From NCBI RefSeq assembly GCF_009914755.1, contig NC_060930.1: a stretch of 64,000 nt of DNA. One strand, 5' to 3'. This document shows, one piece after another, positions 55,067 to 64,000 of the stretch (positions are counted from its first letter, which is position 1; each line of letters starts with the position of its first letter). The notes beneath the pieces are model-generated. The model was not told the DNA's origin, made no database searches, and was given only the letters and a program-made list of their open reading frames with translations. Both the position numbers and the translations under genes were made by a program. The DNA comes from the human T2T-CHM13v2.0 reference genome, Homo sapiens.

Positions 55067-56116
55067 AGGATGCATTTTTTTATAATGGAAAATTTAAGTC
55101 ATTTTTTCTATTGGAAATTTGTTGACATTTGGTATAGGTTTAAATTTTTTTTTAGTGAAGAACATATTCAGAAGTTCATGTCAAAATTAGGGAATCCAAA
55201 TCCAAAATTCAAATTTCAAAAAAAGTCACAGCTCAAACTTGAAATTCCAGATGCTTAAAAAATTATTGAAGGTGGAAAATATTTTTTGTCTCTGAAGGGT
55301 TTATTTTTAAGCCTATTTTTCAACTTCACTGAGTTTGGTTTCAAGCCAGTTTGGACTAAACCAAAGTCTGAAAAAGAGTGGGAAAAAATCAGTAATTCAA
55401 AGTCATTTCAAACTTGGACATGTGACCTAGCATGACTCATATGGGGAGAGAAAACTGTCCAAATGTCCAGGGCCTTACACAACTCTACATTTTCGATCTT
55501 GGCAAATCCTAATGATTCACACTTGGCTTAAAAATATAAGCACATAGAAGATTTCTAAGCCCATACTCAATATAAAACTACACTTTTTATCTATTAAACT
55601 GGTTTATATACAAGTTACATTTTTACTCTTTTAAACTAAAACAGATTTATATATTTGACCCAGAGGTTCTTCAGAATTCATCTTCCACCAATACAGAGTG
55701 AAATGAAGCCAGATAAAGAACATTATTCAAGTGCATGAAAACAATATCTATATTAGAACTGACATATTTGCGGTAGTATCAACCACATATTTATACAGTT
55801 AAGTGTTCCAACAATACCACTTAAACTGAGCAATAAAAAACATCATTTGGATTTTTGACATTGCTTTCCTAATTCCAATGCAGGGCTATAGTAAAACATA
55901 ACTATAATCTTTAATTTTTGTGTACTTTTTACCTGCAGTATATATGTTCTATAAATGATGTGTGTGTGTGTGTCTGTGTATAGTGTCTTAAAGCCTGAGT
56001 TCAAAATAATAAAAGACTTTGTCAGAGATAAAAATACAAGTTAAAATCCTAGAAGAAAAAGAAAGTTAAGTAATGCCGGGTAGAAACATTTATAAATATA
56101 CATACATTATTTTATG

Positions 56117-56152
56117 AAACAAGAAACAGATTTGAGGCCAATATGTTTTATT
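56117..56152 (-). terminator. Candidate polyadenylation site
   Basis: AATAAA on the minus strand (56152-56147), followed ~18 nt later by a GU/U-rich element TGTTTCTTGTTT (56128-56117). A second AATAAA lies at 56267-56262. Confidence 0.45.
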
Positions 56153-57222
56153 ATTAAAGAAATTAAATAGAATTTGTCTCTGGTTGCTGAATGTCAGAAT
56201 TTACAATGTATCGACATTACTATGTGTACTATGAAAAATGATAAGACACAAAAGATAAGAATTTATTTCAAAAATTCTACATCTGTTTGACAAAGTGGCA
56301 CATAGATTCATGATAAATTGAATTACTTAGTTTAATCTGCTTATACTAATCTTGCTCACAAAGGATCTAAGATTTAGAAAAATTTAGCTATTAATAAATA
56401 TAAAGTGTTTATATTCCATATTCTCCAAAGGATTTGAGAGAGGGAAAGTTAATAATAGAGCCATGTTTATAATACAGGTAAGAAATTATACAAGGTAAAA
56501 TGCTATAAGTTCCAAATGAAAAGAATAGACAATAGCAAAATGGGAAGAGAAACAACAGCAAGACTGACACAGTACGATTAACTTATTGATCCAAGTAACA
56601 CCTCATAATAACAATTAGCACTTTACAGTCATCATTTCATTAATCGTCTCATCAACAACCACCTTGGGAGAGCTTATAATTATCTGTGTTCTGGCACAGC
56701 CAGAAACTCAGTGCAGATTGTCTTCTAGGTCAAAAGGCTGAGCTCCATGCATTAATTAAGCTATTACACAACCGTATCTATTTTATGTCCATCTCTGGTT
56801 TGCAAGGCCTCTAAAACATTTAGAATCTCATCAGTACTTTTCCTCTGGTGGCAGTGGTACCACAAGAAAGTAATTATCCAAATGAACTCAATTTTTTTTT
56901 CCAATGATCACTGAATGAACAGTGCCAAGCCACTCTAGAAATCAGAGTCAGATGGGCATTTTGTGTTTCTTAGGAAAAGTAAAGCCAGTTTTAATGTTGA
57001 CCGCTTGTCAAATTGCATCACATCAGGAATATACTTTTCAATGATAGGCAATACTACACATGAGAGCTGCTGTCTCTCTTCCAAAGACAATGGTGTTGTC
57101 ACTGTTTCTTCAAGATACCATCCTGGTGGAAATGTTTCTCACTCTGATCCAGGCCATGAGGAAATCTTCCAGGCATTGAATATAATCAAGGTTGTCCATG
57201 ACTGTGGGAAAGGTTGTCAGTT
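56130..57222 (-). other. Candidate terminal exon / 3'UTR of an unidentified minus-strand transcript
   Basis: Three possible acceptors (exon starts 57222, 57201, 57122), codon-like unique sequence over 56935-57220, then AT-rich UTR-like sequence and a poly(A) signal. Confidence 0.4.
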
Positions 57223-57714
57223 CTGGGGAAATTAATTCTTATGAGAGAACTGATGTATACACATTATTTCAAAGCAAGTTAAAGAGTCCTTTTAAGGATT
57301 CTGGATTCATTCCTTTCATCCCTGAGAATGTGAACTCATTTCTGGTATTTAAAAGAAGTGAAACTTTCCACATGAAACTACATATTTTCTTGTCTGGTTT
57401 GTCTTTCTTTTACAATGACTGAATACCATGCTAAGTAAGTCAGTGCTTCTATGAGATGACTGAAAATTATAGATAATCACAATAAAACACTTTTTAAATT
57501 AGCAGTGATGCCTAAATTTAGACTAATTCTTGAAATTAGAATAAAGTAGTTCACCAAGAATGTGGGCTTATTTCAAAATTTAGGCTTCATTTAATTTTTT
57601 ATCTTAAAAAATAACATGTAAGAGTTGGAAGGTATTTATTGGTACTGTTACATTTACTGCAGGAATGTTTTATGTGTATACTTTTGGAATATTATATGCA
57701 TAACATAAGTCTAT

Positions 57715-57880
57715 ATCAGAAGAAAGGAAGGGAAAGAAAAATGAAGGGAGAGAGTGAAGGAGAAGTTGAGGGGGATGAAGAAAGAAAAGAAGAAAGAAGA
57801 AAGAAGAAAGCAGTGAGGGAAAGGAAGAGGGAAGAAGAAAGGGAAGTGGGTAGGGGTAAAAGACAAAGAGAAAGAATGTT
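57715..57880. repeat. Polypurine low-complexity tract
   Basis: GA-rich run; it explains ORFs 57639+ and 57711-. Confidence 0.9.
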
Positions 57881-58585
57881 GAAGAATTTTAGACAAAATT
57901 ACAGTCTACTTTGACCACACTTGGAATCCTGCCTCCCAGTCTCCCCTGACGGAAAGTATCCCCTTTCATGAGTCTGATGTGTATCATTCTAGTCCACTCT
58001 GAAGTTTTATATTTGAGATTTAGTCCATCATACTAATCACATAGGCAATATCATTTGATGAGTCACTTTGTCATTCTGCATCATGATTTGAGTATATTTT
58101 TGTAGGTTGTATGTGTCTAGGAATTTATTTCTTCTAGGTTATCCAATTTGCAGATGTATAATTGTTCATAATAGCCTCTTATGATCCTTTATATTTCTGT
58201 GGTATCGGTTGTAATGTCTCCCTTTACATTTCTGATTTTATTTATTTGCATTTTCTTTTTTTCTTAATATGGCTAAAGGTTTGTCAATTTTATATTTTCA
58301 AAAACAACTCAGTTTCATTGATCTTTTCTATTGTTTTTCTAGTCTCTGTTTCACTTATTTCTGCTCTACTATTGTTTCCTTCCTTGTACTGACTTTGGGG
58401 TTAATTTGCACTTCCTTTTCTTCTTCCTTGAGATACTACTTTAAGTTGTTAGAGATCTTTCTTCTTTTTTGGTATAGGTGTTTATTGCTAAAAACTTCCC
58501 TCTTAGAACTGCTTTTCTGCATCCCATAAGTTTTGGCATGTTGTGTTTTCATTTTCATTTGTCTCAAGATATTTTTTAATTTTCC

Positions 58586-58876
<291 letters not shown>

Positions 58877-58942
58877 TAATTTTATTTTGAATTTCTTCTT
58901 TCCCATTGGTTGTTCAGGAACATGCTGTTTAATTTCCACCTG

Positions 58943-59243
58943 CAGAAGTGCCTCAGTATCTATCGGGGATTGGTTGCAAGACCCCAATGGAAACTGAAAT
59001 TTACAGAAGCTCAAGACCCTGATACAAAATGGCATGGTAGTTGCATATAACCTCTGCACATCCTCTCAGATACTTTAAATCATCTATAGATTACTTACAA
59101 TACCTAATTCGATGTAAACACGATGTAAACCTTTGTTATGCTGCATTTTTTATTTGTATTACCTTTAAATATTTTTCTCTGTATATTTTTGATCCACAGT
59201 TGGTTGAATCCATGTGGAACCCACAGATAGGAAAGGCCTGCTG
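58943..59243 (+). mobile_element. MER2/MER2B
   Basis: 'cctcagtatctatcggggattggttgcaagacccc...gatccacagttggttgaatcc'. Confidence 0.88.
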
Positions 59244-59969
59244 AATTTGTGAATTTTTCAAAATTCCACCTGTTACTGATTTCTAGCTTCATTCCATTCT
59301 GGCCAGACAATGTACGTGATATGATTTCAATCTTCTTAAAATTGTTAGGACTTATTCTGTGGCCTAACATCTGATCTATCCTGTAGAATGCTCCATGTGC
59401 ACTTGAGAAGAATGTATATTCTGCTGCTGTTGGATGGAATGTTCTGTATCTGTCTGTTAGGTCCATTTTGGTTACTTAATATTATAGTTAGCAGCTTTAC
59501 ATCTACATTCTTAAATATTGATTGCTGTAATTTTCCTTTTCTGCACTATTCTGATCCAGTTTTAAATTCAGTTTTTACTAACCACATTTCAAAAGCCAAA
59601 CAGCTATTTTTCTATTTTCTGTAACAAGTCAAGGAATTTGGTAAACCTCATCTAGAAACTTTCTGGGTCTGAGGCTTATAATTGGGAGTGGGATATTTTT
59701 CTTCTACTTTGATTTTTTTAATGGTTATTAATGTACTCAAGGTTTTTTTATTTCTTCTAGTGTCAATTTTGGCAATTTATATTTCTGTAATTTTTCAAAT
59801 TTGTTCACATTTCTTTATAAATACTTTTACTATATTTCCACGTTTCATTTGTAGTTATTTATTCTATATGTAATAACATATCCTCTCTCTCTTTCTCATT
59901 CCCTTTCTCTCTCTCTCCCAAATCACTCTGATCAATGCTTTGCATATCTTAGTAATGTATTGGTTATAG

Positions 59970-60316
<347 letters not shown>

Positions 60317-60319
60317 AGT

Positions 60320-62700
60320 ACTCTATTGTTTACTTATAGTTGTGTTCTCTATATCCCTGATATTTACATGTATCTTTTCTATATTTTTCTGTCTTGTTTA
60401 CTTTTTTAAGTAAAACATAAAGAATGGTCACATGAGCACACTTACATCACTGCCTAGCTTAGGAAAGTAAACCTTACTAATAGAATTCAAACCCGTTTGC
60501 TCTTCCTCAAAGAAATTTTCTATGCACCCACACCAGAGCGAGGTACTATTCTGAATTTTGTGTGCATCATTCCTTTGCATTGCTTTATACTACCACTACG
60601 TACATAGATTTTCCTGAGCAATGTATAGTGCTGTTTTGCCTATTTGTAAAGTTTGTCTTATTGAACCTGTATCTGTGAGATTCGTCCATGTTTCTTGAAT
60701 CATCTCCCAAATACTGGAGGCACTGGCTTCTCTGCCTTAGTGTCTCCTATTAGGGGAAACCAAACTAGGATGCTTTCCACTACCAGTGCATTTAGAGATC
60801 TTTTACATTGTTTATCATAAGGAAGTGTTTAATATTTTAATATTTTTGCATCTTGTGAGACGATCCTTCATCTCTTATTTGAAGAATTAAACTAATTCCT
60901 CTTTTATTCTTTTGATAATTTTATTTTCAATAATCCTCTTATTCCTGGGAAAACCCAGTTTAAACTTGATCTAATTTTTTATTTTTTTGATAATATTTTA
61001 TTTAGCATTTGACATCTATGATCATAAGTGAGATTAGCCCGTAATTTTCATTTCTAATATTTTCCTTATCCAATTTAGGTAGCAAGGTTATACTAGTTTC
61101 ACATAAAACCATTAGAAGATGTCTGACTTTTTGATTCTCCAGGAAAAATTAGGGTAAAAATGAAATCATGTTTTTTGACTCTTTGATTTAAATTACCTCT
61201 GAAATCATGTGGAACTGGCTTTTGTGTGAGTACATTTCCAATCTTAATTAAACTTATATAATGAGAAGAAGACTCATGCATTTTATTTTGTCTTGAATTC
61301 CCTCTTAAGCTGTAGCTTTTCTAAGAAATTCTCACTTTATCCAAGTTTTTGTGTTTGTCAAAAGTTAATTTCATAGTTTTATCTTTTTAGTCAATAGTAT
61401 CTATAGCTGTCTTCTTTTTCATTGCTAATATTGTTTATTTGTGTTGTTTCATATTTTCTGAGCCCAAAAATGTCTATTTTATTAGTTTTTTCAAAAAATG
61501 AACTTTTGCCTTAGTTGATTCTCTCTACTGTATATTTGTTTTTCATTTAATTAATTTCCCCTTATCTTTATAGTTTCCTTCCTTCTGCTTTCTCTGTGTT
61601 TATTTTGTTGTTCTTCTAACTTCTTAAGTTGCTTAGCTCATTTATTTTCAGCTTTCTCCTTTTCTAGTATAAGCATTTAGAGCTGTAAATTCACCAGAAA
61701 GCATGCTTCAATTGTATCTTGCAATTTGGGCATGTATTTGTTATTATTCACCTTTGGCTATGAGTTATTTAGAAATGCTTTCTAAAATTAATTTTCAAAG
61801 ATATAAATTTTTCCTATACAACTACTTATTATTGATTTCTAACATGGAAAAATGGTCTAGATGATAAAAATTCTACAAAATTGTAGATACGGTTGATTTT
61901 GACAACTCTTCCTTGTATAATTGAGAATATGGTTTATTGGGTAAGGTTGATTTTGAAAACTGCTCCTTGTATAATTGAGAATACGGTTTATTCTTTCATT
62001 GGGGGTCATTTTTCTTTCATCTCAAGCTTGCTAATGATGTTATCTAAACTTTTAATACACTCATAAAAAATGTTTTGCTGCTTGATTCATCAGTTACTCA
62101 GAGAAGTTTGTAAATTCTTACACTGTTATTGTAGATTTGTCCATTATGGCCTTATACATTTTGAGGCTATGCTAAAAAGTTTACAGGTTGCAATTAAATG
62201 TTTATCATCATATAGCAATACTCTTTATGCTTAGTGACGTTTTGCCTTGAAGACTATTTTGACTGGCCTATCTCTCCACCATGATGTTAGTGAATTGGGG
62301 TGTAGTATATCTTTTCCCCTTTACTTTTGACCTTTCTGTGTACTCATAATTTAGATGTTTCTTTCATTCTCCTTGACAATCTATAACTTTTAACTGTCAA
62401 GTCTATTAAATTTATAGTAATTACTATTACTAATAGATCTAAATTTATTTCTACAATTTTGTTTTGTGCTACATCTCCTGATTTTGCAATAGTTTTCTTT
62501 GTTCTTTCTTTTGGTCTAATTAAGTTTTGTTGTTTTACTCCAATGCTCCAACACAGTGTATCTAGGTGATGATTTTTTTTTTAATGTATCCTATCGGAGA
62601 TTTCCAAATGAGCCACATTTTTCATTGGTTCAGAAAGTTCTGCTTGGACATCACCTTTCCATCATTCTCTATTACTGGATGTCCTGAAATGTGGAAGGAC
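60320..62700 (-). mobile_element. Ancient L1ME fragments
   Basis: T-rich antisense ORF2-like sequence, e.g. 'ataagtgagattagcccgtaattttc' and 'agcaaggttatactagtttcac'. Confidence 0.6.
61891..61992. repeat. 48-bp tandem duplication (period 54)
   Basis: ggttgattttga(c/a)aact..tccttgtataattgagaata(t/c)ggtttatt twice, 4 mismatches. Confidence 0.92.
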
Positions 62701-63557
62701 AAGCCTACCATCCCCAACTTTCATGAGTGAAGGCTTTCAGGCCTGATTACTCATGTCCTAGTTCAGTTGTGGCACTGTAATGAGAAAAGTCATAAAACAG
62801 AAGAAAAGATCAATTGAGATATGCATTTAAGGTTTGTTAGGCATTTTGAGGAACTATAGTGTCTCCTACAGCTTTTCTGTGTTAAAAACAAAAAGATCCC
62901 TACCCTCACACTGACCCATTTGCCACAGCCACCATTAATTATACTGTGACAGATACAAGTGATTCTATGAAGGAAACAAGGAAGCTTCATGTTCAATATT
63001 AAGTGTTAGGGACATGTGATGACATCTGTGGTCTCTCACAGACTGGGAATTAAGAGATGTGGTTTTTTAGGGCACACTTCTGTCATATGCTACAACTTTG
63101 CCTTGGCCCATAATATACCTTCTCGGCGCCTGTGAAACATGTCATCACTGTATTTGGAAGATTAATAGATTTGCAGATTCACAACCAAGAGGTGGGATGG
63201 AAAAATCTCTACAGAGCACTTATAATATGAAAAGCATATTCATTATTATAATAGGATTTGGTGATTTCATATTGCTTTCATAATATGAACTAGAGAGGGT
63301 GGATTTGCCAAATTCCTCTTGCGTGGTGAAGACAGTTGGCAGTCAGACTTTTAGTTAAAACTCTAAACCTGGCAAATAGTCAGGATTATTTGAGAAGGTT
63401 CTTACAAATACTCTGAGGTGACTCTCACCGTAGGCTTTAAATATCATCCATCCTCTACTCCAGGCTAAACCTTTCCCAGTTACCTTTGGTGTATTTTCTT
63501 CATCGCTCTTTCCACAATATGTGGTTAGATTTTTGTTTGTTTGTTCATTTCTTTTAG

Positions 63558-63658
63558 GACAGTCTTCCTCAGTGGACTGTGTGGTCCACAAAGACAGAGA
63601 TGTTGACTGTTATTGTCTTCATTCTGTACATAAAGCTTACCCTAGGGCCTAGAACCTG
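63558..63658 (+). other. Candidate L2-derived exon
   Basis: Long acceptor tract 'tttttgtttgtttgttcatttcttttag|' and donor 'CTG|gtaaat'; the body resembles an L2 3' end. Confidence 0.35.
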
Positions 63659-64000
63659 GTAAATGCCCAATATATATGTGAAGGGATGAAGGAATAATTT
63701 CTTCCAACATTCCTGTTGGATTTCTGTAATCCAACAGAAACCTCTTTAGTGTGACCCAGGAATTTATGTGTAAAGTTCTGGAGATGATTTTGATAGCCAA
63801 CACATTGAAGAACACACTAGTTTCTGACAAAGTGACTTTGTCATAACTAAGGAGAATATATCAGAATTTTTGATGGCATGGGAGCAGGGCCAGTTTAATG
63901 AGGGTTTGATTAGGAGTTCTCAGAAGGGCTCCTTTCCCTCCCCGTCCTGCACTTGAGGCTCAGTACTCTGCAGTCTTGGTGTTCTTATTTTTACCTTTGA

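Noticed and set aside
56963-57235. Plus-strand ORF ending FWGN*, reminiscent of a PTGER3 isoform tail (EEFWGN)
   Set aside because: The preceding residues differ (GCQ) and there is no supporting acceptor or other matching exon; coincidence.

Overview
AT-rich primate (very likely human) nuclear DNA, intergenic or intronic. It is dominated by transposable elements: 12 Alu/FLAM copies, many L1M/L1P, L2, MIR and CR1 fragments, THE1 and MLT1 LTRs including one complete two-LTR MLT1 element, and MER1A, MER2B, MER20B and MER53 DNA elements. There is no CpG island and no protein-coding gene I can name. Nearly all ORFs in the track are repeat-derived or chance. Unique sequence holds a plausible minus-strand terminal exon with a poly(A) site (~56.1-57.2 kb) and several isolated plus-strand exon-like units that may belong to a lncRNA. 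The most unusual structures are local rearrangements: (i) a ~180-bp non-TE inverted duplication (18.6-19.1 kb) whose right arm is a complete exon-like unit with a YAG|GTGAG site and whose spacer looks copied from a nearby MER2B; (ii) a 154-bp direct duplication (41.8/43.4 kb) in which only one copy has both splice dinucleotides; (iii) a TSD-flanked L1 that keeps only its 5' end; (iv) a templated insertion inside an L1PA. Repeat subfamily calls come from remembered consensus sequences, and boundaries of old repeats are approximate. No database search was run.
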